Below, piece by piece: positions 25,204 through 34,857 of a stretch of 64,000 bases of DNA. Within the stretch, counting starts at the first letter, position 1. Each line of letters begins with the position of its first letter. The stretch comes from a virus. The stretch spans positions 112,661 through 176,660 of IMG/VR virus record IMGVR_UViG_3300028558_000001; one strand, written 5' to 3'. A program made the translations under genes and the position numbers. The notes beneath the pieces were generated by a model. It had not been told where the DNA came from and made no database searches. It saw only the letters and a program-made list of their open reading frames with translations.

Positions 25204-25391
25204 TTTTTACTGTGCCGTCAAGGCGAATTCTTAAATCGTTCTTCTAATTTGGATACATACCTAAGCAACACAAGAACGACTAGATTGATTGCAGTTAAGT
25301 ATAGCACAATCGTTGTAAGCTGTCCACACGCATAAGTGAATAAAATGAAGGACAGTGCAACTAAAACCCATGAAGTATATTTCATAACTAA

Positions 25392-25421
25392 CCTCTGGAT
25401 GAATGGGGAAGGTAATCACAC
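25392..25421 (-). terminator. Hairpin after secreted-protein gene
   Basis: AATGGGGAAGGT/ACCTTCCCCATT. Confidence 0.55.
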
Positions 25422-25437
25422 CTTCCCCATTATTATA

Positions 25438-25890
25438 TTAGCGGAGGAAGGTAACTAGAGTGGCGTCGGTAAACGAACCGTTGGTATCGTTTAGCTGACC
25501 ACGAATGACGTTGCCGAACTGAGGATGACCGACAACACCATCCTTACAATAACCATCAAACTCATTGGTCTTAATGATGGTAATTGAGAAAGGCTTTAGA
25601 GCCGCTGGATTGCCTACAACTGACTTATAGACATTGGCACCAACAATGGTCCACTTGTCACAAGTTAGAGTTAGTTCCTCACTAGTTGCGTTCATAACTG
25701 CAACATATGGAGTGCCAACAAGAGTGCCTAGCTGGAGATAACGAGCTTCCATTGCCGCCCACTGAGCGGGCGGAAGACCAGTGACAGGATCATTTGGATT
25801 TGTAGTAAGATTTAGTTGCTGAGCGGTAGCGACCTCGGCAGAACCAAACATAGTTAGAAGAACAGCAGCAACCTTAAAAAACTTATTCAT
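25438..25890 (-). CDS. Secreted hypothetical protein
   Basis: Signal peptide; AGGAG SD; first ORF after the promoter at 26015-26043 and tRNA-Cys. Confidence 0.6.
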   Translation of the reverse strand: MNKFFKVAAVLLTMFGSAEVATAQQLNLTTNPNDPVTGLPPAQWAAMEARYLQLGTLVGTPYVAVMNATSEELTLTCDKWTIVGANVYKSVVGNPAALKPFSITIIKTNEFDGYCKDGVVGHPQFGNVIRGQLNDTNGSFTDATLVTFLR

Positions 25891-25928
25891 ATTATAACTC
25901 TCCTAGTTTTTGTTAAAAGATATTGGTT

Positions 25929-26002
25929 TGGAGTTGTGAGAGGGAATTGAACCCCCGTAGGTGGATTTGCAGTCCACCGCCTAACCGCTCGACCACCACA
26001 AC
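25929..26002 (-). tRNA. tRNA-Cys(GCA)
   Basis: Loop CT-GCA-AA, U73, CCA. Confidence 0.9.
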
Positions 26003-26014
26003 TTCGATTTTTGT

Positions 26015-26043
26015 ATTATACTCACTCGTTACTTTCGTGTCAA
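26015..26043 (-). promoter_or_regulatory. Consensus sigma70 promoter driving the tRNA array
   Basis: TTGACA-17 nt-TATAAT. Confidence 0.85.
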
Positions 26044-26061
26044 CCCACTATTTCAACTTTT

Positions 26062-26436
26062 TCACAGAACGGCCAAAGCAATTAGAAGGTAACACACTTG
26101 ATGTAAGAATTGGTCTACTCCTAGAAGATACCAAAACTCAGAATTTTTGTCGGGGCTATACTTGTAATGCTTGTTTATGTTCATCTTTGAATAATCAATC
26201 AGATAATGAGCAACAAACTCAGCAAAAGCAATTAGAAACACCAACGCGACATTGTGATTGAATATGATTAGAATTGCAATTGTTATTACTGCATGTTTAA
26301 GAGAATGGATAATCCCGCCGGGATGACCAAACGTTCCCTTATTTCTCCACTCATATTCAGGTTGCCATAGAAAGTCAATAACCAAATGTTTCAATTGTAG
26401 TAGAAACAGAACTAGAAAACACTGAATAACCATCAT
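26062..26436 (-). CDS. DUF3307-like membrane protein
   Basis: KH...DF..Q, H...H, HY.ID..K, LG.DQ.LH. Confidence 0.75.
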   Translation of the reverse strand: MMVIQCFLVLFLLQLKHLVIDFLWQPEYEWRNKGTFGHPGGIIHSLKHAVITIAILIIFNHNVALVFLIAFAEFVAHYLIDYSKMNINKHYKYSPDKNSEFWYLLGVDQFLHQVCYLLIALAVL

Positions 26437-26504
26437 AACTTCCATTATGTGGACGACCCTTCCGGTATATTCTAATACCGGAAGAATCATATGTTGTAGG
26501 TGAA

Positions 26505-27029
26505 TCACTTACCGAATGGAACCGGAATAAGTGTGATGGGGAAGGGAGAGACAATTACCTTTGGTTCTAGATAAACTGCCTTATCTTTCTTATCAGAAGG
26601 ATCGAGACACATTACCCAAGTACCATCAGATGATGCGGGCGAGAAAAGTCCATTTGGATCGGCTTGTGGAATTGCTAGATAAGCATAATTTCCCCCACGA
26701 GCAAAATCAGAAACCTTCTGAGGATTGGTATATTGAGTCGAAGCAGGGAAACCATAACCAATCGAATCACAGACCTTGAAAAGCTGACCAGTCTGTTCTG
26801 CTACAATATAAGTAGTAGTAGAAATACCTTGGTCACGAAGTTCAATGATTGCCTTGAGAGTACGCTTCTCAAAGAAGTTAGTAATGGCAGGAAGACCGAC
26901 TTGCTGTACAGCTTCGCGGGACATTTGTTCCTGCTGCCGATTCATAATCTGGTCGGAAGTAGCAGGTCTAGTATCATCACAACCAGCAAGAAGTGTAAGG
27001 ACAGGAAGTGCAAATAAAATCTTTTTCAT
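26505..27029 (-). CDS. Phage lipoprotein
   Basis: Lipobox LAGC; SIGYG.P..TQYTNP...QADPNGLF...GTWV.C. Confidence 0.7.
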   Translation of the reverse strand: MKKILFALPVLTLLAGCDDTRPATSDQIMNRQQEQMSREAVQQVGLPAITNFFEKRTLKAIIELRDQGISTTTYIVAEQTGQLFKVCDSIGYGFPASTQYTNPQKVSDFARGGNYAYLAIPQADPNGLFSPASSDGTWVMCLDPSDKKDKAVYLEPKVIVSPFPITLIPVPFGK

Positions 27030-27030
27030 A

Positions 27031-27354
27031 TCAATTCCCTGAAATGAGTTGTTCACGGAAGGAAAGAATATCAGCGGTCAGAGCGGACTCAGGTAGACCA
27101 TTGATCTGGTGAAGGGCAAAGGAGCGAATAGCGGCCTTCTTCTCAGGAGTAGCGCCAATATATTCCATGCGAAGTTCACCAATCTGGCGGCGCTGACCTT
27201 CAACATAACTCTGACTCTGTTCAGTAGTCTCACGGCGAAGCTGCTCATACTTTGGAGCAAAATAACGCTGCATGATAAGATCATAGTCAGTGATAACCCA
27301 ACCAATACCAAACACCAGCGCAATTGCTGAAACAGAACCTAGTACAACTTTCAT
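27031..27354 (-). CDS. Membrane-anchored hypothetical protein, probable partner of the lipoprotein
   Basis: N-terminal TM helix, RRET.EQSQSY.EG. Confidence 0.6.
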   Translation of the reverse strand: MKVVLGSVSAIALVFGIGWVITDYDLIMQRYFAPKYEQLRRETTEQSQSYVEGQRRQIGELRMEYIGATPEKKAAIRSFALHQINGLPESALTADILSFREQLISGN

Positions 27355-27449
27355 AAAATATTCTCCACTTTGTTTGAAACCTAATTTATGGGGCGGTGAA
27401 TGTTTCCGCCGCGCCAATGTTTGTCTTATAGCCTTCCTGATTTTTCCCG

Positions 27450-28292
27450 TCAATAACTTTTTACGGGATCAGGACAAAAATTTTCAAGACCGGGAAATGG
27501 ATTTGGCTTTAAAGGTGCGACTGGCTTTAAAGTGATTCCCCTCTGCCTGAGTCCTGTAGCATCGTCGTAATAGAATGTAAAGGACTCAGAATGAGCATCC
27601 ACGAATTCATTATCTACTGTTTTAGTTTTGAATGCAACATCAGAACCAAATTCAGTACCAAGAGAAGCAGTAGCAACTGGAATAGATGCGGTTGCACTAT
27701 TCATAGTCGCAGTTGCCATAGCAGAGGAATTACATCCTGTTAGATTACTGGCAATATTAGCAATTCCCTTAGTTCTAGGCATTGAAGAATCATAAGCTGT
27801 TGCGGAAGTTGTAAATGTAGCTAACTGTCCAGAAGGAATTCCACCAGTTAATTCCCAATTAGGATCGTTACCTAGAATACCATATGGATACCGTGGAACA
27901 TAATTATTGATCTTAACTACTTCATCAAATACAAGACAGCCGATAACCCCAATGTTCTGAATTTCTCCAGATACATTTTGCTGATTATATGATTCTTTAA
28001 TTGATGAGAAAGTAAATGCGGCGGCTGTACCTTGATCACGCTTAAAACCGGGAATAGCCATCTGTGAATATGGTTTAATAACATATCCCCGCTTCCAGTC
28101 ACGATTTCCTGTGATGACGTTTAAACCATCTACAGATACAACAATTTTCTTGGTGAGATAAGAATTGTTCTTGAAAACAATTTCATATTGTGAGCCTTTG
28201 CGGCCTTCAATAAACGTGTCGCCCTCATGGGAATATTCTGTAATTTTGCGACCGTTAATAGTTACGAAAAATTCGTATTGTGATTTTAACAT
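27450..28292 (-). CDS. Conserved hypothetical protein
   Basis: EGR.G..Y.I..SVDGL.V..G, GVIG, LGT.FG, NPFP motifs; late promoter upstream. Confidence 0.7.
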   Translation of the reverse strand: MLKSQYEFFVTINGRKITEYSHEGDTFIEGRKGSQYEIVFKNNSYLTKKIVVSVDGLNVITGNRDWKRGYVIKPYSQMAIPGFKRDQGTAAAFTFSSIKESYNQQNVSGEIQNIGVIGCLVFDEVVKINNYVPRYPYGILGNDPNWELTGGIPSGQLATFTTSATAYDSSMPRTKGIANIASNLTGCNSSAMATATMNSATASIPVATASLGTEFGSDVAFKTKTVDNEFVDAHSESFTFYYDDATGLRQRGITLKPVAPLKPNPFPGLENFCPDPVKSY

Positions 28293-28521
28293 TTTTGTTT
28301 CTCCTACTTGAGACTACGTTTTAATACTTGAGCCTACTTGCTCAACTTTTGTAACCACATGTTACAAAACTATTTATGTAGCTGTATTAGCTACCTTATT
28401 CTTTTCCTCATATTCTTTTCTGAGTTTAAATACTTCTGCGGATGGTGGAACCAATGGAGGCATACCGGGACCATCCCAAATAAAATTAGGCATAACTCTA
28501 CGAACTAACTCTATTCTTGTA

Positions 28522-28884
28522 TTAGATGATTCCGTCATTCTCGACTACTCCTAAATCAGCTAACTTATCATCATAATTATTTGAAATAGTATAATGATTA
28601 ATGTTTGCAGGAATAGCACGATGCTCGGCTAGAATATCTCTAATAAGATAAATCTGATCACAGACATAACGAATGGTGTTTCTTACAACCTCATCATTAT
28701 TACCTTCATATAGATCATATAGAGCACCTTCTAGATTTGAATCTACTGAATAATCAACATAATACTTATCTCCATTCTCATCATCCCTGATCTGTTCAGG
28801 AGGAAACAAGATAGAAGAAATCTTCTCTAACTTTAGCTGATCTTTTGTTTTTGGATTCTTCTTAAAGAAATTGAACATTCTCAC
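28522..28884 (-). CDS. Hypothetical protein
   Basis: 120-aa ORF. Confidence 0.5.
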   Translation of the reverse strand: MRMFNFFKKNPKTKDQLKLEKISSILFPPEQIRDDENGDKYYVDYSVDSNLEGALYDLYEGNNDEVVRNTIRYVCDQIYLIRDILAEHRAIPANINHYTISNNYDDKLADLGVVENDGII

Positions 28885-28929
28885 TCCATAATTATTGTTT
28901 CATCTTACGACCTTATTAAAGTGCTAACC

Positions 28930-28978
28930 TCCGAAACCATAAATAGACTTATTTTCATAGCTATTTATGGTTTCGGAG
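28930..28978. repeat. 18-bp perfect inverted repeat containing ATAAATA
   Basis: CTCCGAAACCATAAATAG / CTATTTATGGTTTCGGAG. Confidence 0.8.
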
Positions 28979-28986
28979 TGCTTATG

Positions 28987-29060
28987 TTGCGGGGGCGGGA
29001 TTTGAACCCGCGACCGTCTGCTTATGAGGCAGCTTAGCTACCGGGCTGCTACACCCCGCA
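28987..29060 (-). tRNA. tRNA-Met(CAT), initiator-like body, CCA not encoded
   Basis: TGCGGGG acceptor, loop CT-CAT-AA, GGTTCAAATCC. Confidence 0.8.
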
Positions 29061-29074
29061 AAACCTTTATAAAC

Positions 29075-29149
29075 TGGCTGGAGAGGAAGGATTCGAACCT
29101 CCGACCAAGAAGTTAACAGCTTCCTGCTCTACCACTGAGCTACACTCCA
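29075..29149 (-). tRNA. tRNA-Asn(GTT)
   Basis: Loop CT-GTT-AA, G73, CCA. Confidence 0.92.
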
Positions 29150-29158
29150 TTAAGCTCT

Positions 29159-29578
29159 TTACTTCTTATTAAACCACTTATTCCCAACAGTATATTTGGA
29201 AACAAGATTGTATTCATTCTTTTCCTCATGAGAGAGAACTTTTATTTTAGACATAGGAACCCTATCAGGGAATTTGTCTGGATTTACAATTTCTACCAGA
29301 TTCCACTCTTCGAGTAAAGAGGCAATCGTGTTAATTCTAGCGCGATCTTCCTCAGTAAAATTAGCTTCCTTCCCGTCAAGTATAAAAAATTCTAGGAAAG
29401 ATAGTATATAGTATTTTCCCTGCTTGTGCAAGATGTGTGCTGACTGATATAGCGTTTTATTTTTACGGGACGCGATACCAATTCTTGTAAGTGTTTCCTT
29501 GATAATTAGAAAATCAGATGGATCATTTAGCTTTACTTCAAGAAATGAGCTAATTAACTCCTGTTGATTATTTATCAT
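29159..29578 (-). CDS. regA: Translational repressor
   Basis: DFL...ETLTRIGIASRK...LYQS.HILHKQGKYYI; start reassigned to MINNQ. Confidence 0.92.
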   Translation of the reverse strand: MINNQQELISSFLEVKLNDPSDFLIIKETLTRIGIASRKNKTLYQSAHILHKQGKYYILSFLEFFILDGKEANFTEEDRARINTIASLLEEWNLVEIVNPDKFPDRVPMSKIKVLSHEEKNEYNLVSKYTVGNKWFNKK

Positions 29579-29615
29579 TATTTGTTCACCTTTCTTAATT
29601 ATTTCTATAATATAT

Positions 29616-29966
29616 TTATCCGCCCAAATTAGTGATCTTTTTAATCTCTTCAATATCAGTTTCGGATAAGACTTTCAAAGCTTCTAGGGCTTTGTTTTCA
29701 GACAACTCATAATATCTCATTATAAGTTCAAGATTATCATACTTCTCTTTCTTATGCCATTTAGTGAAACGCTTACGAGGGCGGATGGAATTAAAAAGGT
29801 AATTATAGTGACTTTGATTATCAACTCTATATTGATTTAATTCTGCCGCATAAAGTAAAGTATCAGGAAAGTATGATAAATGTCGGGTGACTACGAACTG
29901 AGAGTAATCTGAGGAAACTTCAATTTCCTCATGTTTGTTGATGCTTTCTATATATTGAAAGGTCAT
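29616..29966 (-). CDS. gp62: Clamp loader small subunit
   Basis: LSYFPDT..A.E.N, RKRF.KW, terminal GG; synteny. Confidence 0.88.
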   Translation of the reverse strand: MTFQYIESINKHEEIEVSSDYSQFVVTRHLSYFPDTLLYAAELNQYRVDNQSHYNYLFNSIRPRKRFTKWHKKEKYDNLELIMRYYELSENKALEALKVLSETDIEEIKKITNLGG

Positions 29967-30000
29967 GTCAAAACCACCAATCTTCTTTTCTGAGATTCAC

Positions 30001-30936
30001 TCATTTTTTGAATTCACTGTCTACCATAATCTCAATGAGACACGCCACTAGATTAATCTCTTGATCGACCACGAAAGCAGCCTGATATTCATACTTAGCT
30101 AATGTAAGAATAACAAGAGGAACGGCAGAAGGAGTGAATACGTCAGTTGCCGTATCGAAAATCTTTCTGAAAATTACTGATACGTCTGAATCAATATTTT
30201 CAGATACCCACTTCCTGACATTTGAGAAGGACTTATCAGACATGAAGCCATAAAGTTCATTAATTGAAATATCTTTGATAGCTGCTAAGATACCAGAGTC
30301 GATTGGACCTCTTTTAGAATATGCATGAAGTTCATTTACTGCCCTACGGAAATCAGGAAAAAACTTCGCTATTAATTTGGCCACAACCGCTTTATCATAA
30401 GTAACATTCTCAGTATCTAGAATGTGGATTGCTCTCTTATAGTATTGGGTTAGAATACTCTTTGCTTCATCCTTATTGATCTTGAATTCAATAGTAGCAC
30501 AACGAGAATGAATTGGGGCAATGATCTTCTTGGAATTATTTGAAGTTAAGATAAAGGTACAGTTGTCAGAATACTCTTCCATGAAGGCTTTAAGACCGTC
30601 CTGCATTTGTGGAGTCATTCTTTCAGCTTCGTCAATAATAACAGCTTTTCTTGCTCCTGTAAAGGATAAAGATGAGACGAACTGTTGTACATCGTAACGA
30701 AGTTTATCGACGCCGTTATCAAGTGAACCATTAATAAAGTAAATGTCATACTCTAGTTCATTTAATAGTGCGTAGGCTACAGAAGTCTTCCCAATCCCTG
30801 CGGAACCATTAAAGATGAGACTAGGAAGACTACCTGAATTAACCATACCTTCTAAAGTAGCCTTTAGATCAGATGTAAGAATACAGTCAGCAATAGTATG
30901 TGGACGGTACTTTTCTGTCCATAAAAACTTTTTCAT
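30001..30936 (-). CDS. gp44: Clamp loader large subunit
   Basis: W.EKYRP, G.AGIGKT, IDEAE, SRC. Confidence 0.95.
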   Translation of the reverse strand: MKKFLWTEKYRPHTIADCILTSDLKATLEGMVNSGSLPSLIFNGSAGIGKTSVAYALLNELEYDIYFINGSLDNGVDKLRYDVQQFVSSLSFTGARKAVIIDEAERMTPQMQDGLKAFMEEYSDNCTFILTSNNSKKIIAPIHSRCATIEFKINKDEAKSILTQYYKRAIHILDTENVTYDKAVVAKLIAKFFPDFRRAVNELHAYSKRGPIDSGILAAIKDISINELYGFMSDKSFSNVRKWVSENIDSDVSVIFRKIFDTATDVFTPSAVPLVILTLAKYEYQAAFVVDQEINLVACLIEIMVDSEFKK

Positions 30937-30954
30937 AATATATTACCCTTTCAA

Positions 30955-31635
30955 TTATAGAATAGAATTTGTTTCCGCAATATTATAGTAAATGATACTG
31001 TCACTAACAAACTTCACTAAAATAGCTCCCTTGCTTGTCTTATACAGACAAACATTATAGGTATCTGTCAATAGCTTAAGATTTTCTACTGTTAGAATGA
31101 TTCTAAACTTCTTATCAGTCTCATCGACAATTACCGAATAAGTATTATCGGAAGGGTTTTCTGAATTAATACCCTGAATTGAGACGTTCTTTCCATCACC
31201 AATGATAGCAATTTCTGGTGAGCGAAGGATTGAAGTTCCCTTAAGGATACCAACTAACTGCTTGTCAGTCAAGTTAAAACTTACAAGTGGCTCGCCAAAA
31301 TCATTCTTTTCGGACGCAGGAGGAACGCGAATATTTGACGGATCACAGAAAGTATAGTTTACGGAACGAGTACCTTCCGTGATTGTACAATAGTTATCTA
31401 GGATAGCGATTTCTGGTGTATCAAAGATTGATAGAATTGATAGAAACTTTGCTAGATCATAAATCGCAAAAGCTGAATCAAATTCTTCCTTAACAGTAGC
31501 ATATGCCATAACTGTCTTTGATGGGGAAATCGTCGCTACGGTAGAACCTTCACGAAAATAGATTGAAGGATTGATATGTGCAAAATTCTTAAGAACTGAA
31601 ATAGTCTTAGGATCAAATGTTAAAGTCTGAGTCAT
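30955..31635 (-). CDS. gp45: Sliding clamp
   Basis: LKNF..IN.S, F.IYDL..FL; synteny. Confidence 0.9.
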   Translation of the reverse strand: MTQTLTFDPKTISVLKNFAHINPSIYFREGSTVATISPSKTVMAYATVKEEFDSAFAIYDLAKFLSILSIFDTPEIAILDNYCTITEGTRSVNYTFCDPSNIRVPPASEKNDFGEPLVSFNLTDKQLVGILKGTSILRSPEIAIIGDGKNVSIQGINSENPSDNTYSVIVDETDKKFRIILTVENLKLLTDTYNVCLYKTSKGAILVKFVSDSIIYYNIAETNSIL

Positions 31636-31655
31636 TAATTACCTTTCATAGTTTA

Positions 31656-31681
31656 TAAAAGAAGGGGAGATTCCCCTTCTT
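31656..31681 (-). terminator. Intrinsic terminator
   Basis: AAGAAGGGGA/TCCCCTTCTT hairpin followed by T-run on minus strand. Confidence 0.55.
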
Positions 31682-32534
31682 ACTTTTTCTTCTTGTTCTT
31701 TGCGAGCATGGATGGATCGACTGTTGCTGAGACTCCTAGAGAAGCAATATCAGATAGTGTTCCACCAAAGGTCATTGAACCTGTATGGTTTAGACCGATC
31801 CAAGGACAGAACCAAGTCTTCAAACCAATTTCCCAACACTTCTGATTAAACCAATAATCTTCTGATAGGTAACGCTTGGTTTTAGGATCAATTTCAGCTT
31901 GGAAAAACTGAGTGATTTCGCGGGAACCATCAAAATGTTCTGTGCGAGCATGATCAGGAAGATACTTGTATTGAGGGAATGCGTCAGCAAACTTATCAAG
32001 AGTACTCTTACGAATCATCATGAAACCAGTACCAGCTTCTAGAACTTCGAATGGTTCTCCTAGGGAGAATGATCCACCACCATTCTTGGGATTGAAGACA
32101 TAATCACCAACGAACTTACTTAGTTCTTCTGGATTCTCGTCAGCTAGTCCCTTATCTACTGCTACCTTAATCTTTTCCCAAGAAATACACTTCTTAGGAT
32201 ATGGCGCAGCTAGAATATCATATTCAGACTCATCGGTCTGCAACGCAAGCATTGCAATTACGTCATTGGCATTAAAGCCAATATCTGAGTCGATGAATAG
32301 AGCATGAGTATAACCGGAACGAAGGAATTCGTCAATAGCATAATTCCTTGCGCGAGTGATTAATGACTCATTATATAGGAAGTATGGACGCATTTCAATC
32401 CCATACTGAGTACAGAGGATTGAGAGGTTCATCATTCCGGCAGTATAATTGCCGTGACAGACACCCCCATACATAGGGGTCAATACCATTAACTTACGCT
32501 TTTGTAACTCTTCTGCGGTAGTTTTAATTTCCAA
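31680..32534 (-). CDS. GT-A-fold glycosyltransferase-like protein
   Basis: TPMYGG, NESLITRARN, FIDSDI (DxD), GTGFM, YLSEDY; probable TTG start. Confidence 0.75.
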   Translation of the reverse strand: MEIKTTAEELQKRKLMVLTPMYGGVCHGNYTAGMMNLSILCTQYGIEMRPYFLYNESLITRARNYAIDEFLRSGYTHALFIDSDIGFNANDVIAMLALQTDESEYDILAAPYPKKCISWEKIKVAVDKGLADENPEELSKFVGDYVFNPKNGGGSFSLGEPFEVLEAGTGFMMIRKSTLDKFADAFPQYKYLPDHARTEHFDGSREITQFFQAEIDPKTKRYLSEDYWFNQKCWEIGLKTWFCPWIGLNHTGSMTFGGTLSDIASLGVSATVDPSMLAKNKKKK

Positions 32535-33153
32535 CGTTTCCTGCCTTTCTCTTTGTTCTTTTCTTTGCAACTGGTGCTGGTTCTGTGGTTTCTACTACTG
32601 GCTGTTCTGATGGAACTTCCAAGTATTGATCCCTGAAATCAGTTAGATTTACATAACTAGACCAATCAGTAGGTTCTTTTTCTAGAATTTCAAAGCTTGG
32701 TTCTGCTTCATGAATTTCTAGAGGATCAATATCAGGAACTTCTTCTACTCCTACTGGAGCATTAAGATCAATGTTCTTCATGATAGTAGAAATTAGTTCT
32801 TCTTCCGCCTTAATAGATTCATCATTAACATCAAAGAGGTTCTTGTAAATGTCTAGAATGTCTCTCTTTTCAGGAAGCTGTTTATTGGTAACTTTTTTTG
32901 AATTAACATTATTTTTAGATAGTCTGTTAATTTCTCTATTAGAGAACCAGATGATTTTCTCTAAGTCGTAGATTGCATCTACTCCGGGCTTTTCCCCAAT
33001 ACGATAGATTGCTTTCAAAATATTACCCTGTGCAAAATTCATATTACGATATTCAATTAAATCCTGAATATCGGTAGCATCTTCTGGAAGTTTATAATAT
33101 GCTGATGAACTTCCAGTTAAATCATCTTTACCAATAGTAAAATGTTTTGTCAT
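32524..33153 (-). CDS. DUF3310-like domain protein with acidic tail
   Basis: YY...MNF..GNI.KA.YR...K.....DL.K..W. Confidence 0.65.
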   Translation of the reverse strand: MTKHFTIGKDDLTGSSSAYYKLPEDATDIQDLIEYRNMNFAQGNILKAIYRIGEKPGVDAIYDLEKIIWFSNREINRLSKNNVNSKKVTNKQLPEKRDILDIYKNLFDVNDESIKAEEELISTIMKNIDLNAPVGVEEVPDIDPLEIHEAEPSFEILEKEPTDWSSYVNLTDFRDQYLEVPSEQPVVETTEPAPVAKKRTKRKAGNVGN

Positions 33154-33164
33154 TATTATCCTCT

Positions 33165-33761
33165 TCAAATCCAATCAAGTTGTGATGGGCCAGTATGGGC
33201 CCAATCCCAAATAAACCATGCAAAAGCAATCATTGATGTTTCTTTTTTGCCTTCATAATCAAATCTATGCATTCGTGGTAATCTAGATGAGAACACTAGG
33301 CATTTAGAAAATGGAAGGTCTTTAAATAAAGGACGGCGAGTAGACCCTTCAAGGAAGGTTAACTTTTGAAGGATTGCTACTTTACCATTCTGTGGTTTTG
33401 TTAGTTCTAATCCTCTTTCAACAAACTTTCCTGAGATACCTCTAGGAATATTGAATGGAGGATTTGTTATGACAGCATCTAAGTCTAAATTATTATAAAA
33501 ATTAGTTGTTAGAAAGTCATGGCCGGGAACTCCATATCCCCAATCATTTAAATCAGTTGAGTAAACGGTATAACAATATTCATCTAGGATAGATGAAATA
33601 GCACCATTACCACAAGCTGGTTCTGCTACAATTGGACCAAACTTTTCGTAATCTAGTAGTTTGGTGACTGCAATTCTTGGGGAAGGATAGAATTCACCCT
33701 TTGGTTTATCCGTACCATGACCGATATACGAATGGGCTGTCTTTGTATTATTTATAGCCAT
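33165..33761 (-). CDS. DNA amino-methyltransferase (N6-adenine or N4-cytosine)
   Basis: FYP.P, EPACG.G (motif I), TNPPF (motif IV). Confidence 0.8.
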   Translation of the reverse strand: MAINNTKTAHSYIGHGTDKPKGEFYPSPRIAVTKLLDYEKFGPIVAEPACGNGAISSILDEYCYTVYSTDLNDWGYGVPGHDFLTTNFYNNLDLDAVITNPPFNIPRGISGKFVERGLELTKPQNGKVAILQKLTFLEGSTRRPLFKDLPFSKCLVFSSRLPRMHRFDYEGKKETSMIAFAWFIWDWAHTGPSQLDWI

Positions 33762-34303
33762 TATACCTCACTCCAATGATTATTACAACGACTTTCGTAA
33801 ATATCTGACGATCCAAGTAAAATTCTTTCGTCATTCTTTACTTTCTTGAAAGTCTTTGATGCTGGAGCGCCGCAAATAGAACAGACTGCTTTTAGCTTAT
33901 GGATTTCATCTGCCATTGCTGATAATATCGCAGTATTATCAAACACAAATCCATTGGTATCCATATCCAATCCAACAGCAATAACATCATTATTGTTCTG
34001 TAATAATGAATATACCCAATCAACTACATCAACATCAAAAAATTGAACTTCATCAAGAACAATTAGATTTCCTTCTCCATCAATTTCAGGAAACTCAATT
34101 CCAACATTATGTGCCATGACAGATAGTCCATCATGACTCACAACCTCGTCTAATGAGTACCTAACATCTTTAGTTGGCTTGAAAACACATACTTTACGAC
34201 CAATATGCTTATTCCAGAGAACGTTCTTTAGAAGAGAAGTAGTCTTTCCAGAAAACATTGGTCCAATGAATAATTCTAACTTACCGTATTTTCTAAAATT
34301 CAT
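33761..34303 (-). CDS. tk: Thymidine kinase
   Basis: GPMFSGKTT, DEVQFF, GLD.D, CxxC, Y..RC..H. Confidence 0.92.
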   Translation of the reverse strand: MNFRKYGKLELFIGPMFSGKTTSLLKNVLWNKHIGRKVCVFKPTKDVRYSLDEVVSHDGLSVMAHNVGIEFPEIDGEGNLIVLDEVQFFDVDVVDWVYSLLQNNNDVIAVGLDMDTNGFVFDNTAILSAMADEIHKLKAVCSICGAPASKTFKKVKNDERILLGSSDIYESRCNNHWSEV

Positions 34304-34842
34304 TGTTCTCTTTTTCTTTTAAGTTCAAAATAACGCTCTAGAAAGGCAGTCTTGGCTTCTCTATGATTATAGAAATGAAGCTTAATATGTGGCTTCTCAA
34401 TACCAGTAAGAAAGTCAAAGTCATCAAAATTATTGATAACCAATTCCTTTTCCAAATAAAACATTTGCGTATCAGCGTACTTTACTGCTTTTGGTAATGG
34501 AAACTGTAATCCAAATCTCCTACACATATCCTTTTCAATATTAAGTTCAATTACTTTATATTCAGGAAGTAGCTGTTTAAGTGGAGTACTTACATCACCA
34601 ATAACAAACTCTGTAGCATCATGCATAAGACCATCCATAGCTAATTCTTCTGAAACTAGATATGATACATGGATTGCATGTTCGGCTACTGAGTAGAAAT
34701 TATCTCCCTGACCAGTAAAACGACAGATTTTAGATAATGCATTAGCTACGTCATAGACTGTAAAATCTGCGTTCTCTGGTTCTAGAAAATTAAAATATGA
34801 ACCATTATTCAACGAAATTGTTGGTTCTAGTGTTGTTAACAT
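34300..34842 (-). CDS. HD-domain phosphohydrolase (YfdR-like)
   Basis: CRF.G...FYSVAEH, LMHDA.E...GD...P.K, AD. Confidence 0.8.
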   Translation of the reverse strand: MLTTLEPTISLNNGSYFNFLEPENADFTVYDVANALSKICRFTGQGDNFYSVAEHAIHVSYLVSEELAMDGLMHDATEFVIGDVSTPLKQLLPEYKVIELNIEKDMCRRFGLQFPLPKAVKYADTQMFYLEKELVINNFDDFDFLTGIEKPHIKLHFYNHREAKTAFLERYFELKRKREQ

Positions 34843-34857
34843 TATATATCCTTTATG

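Noticed and set aside
25193-25221. TTGACG-17-TATGGT promoter overlapping tRNA-Leu(CAA)
   Set aside because: The -10 element is dictated by tRNA sequence and transcription would start inside the tRNA.
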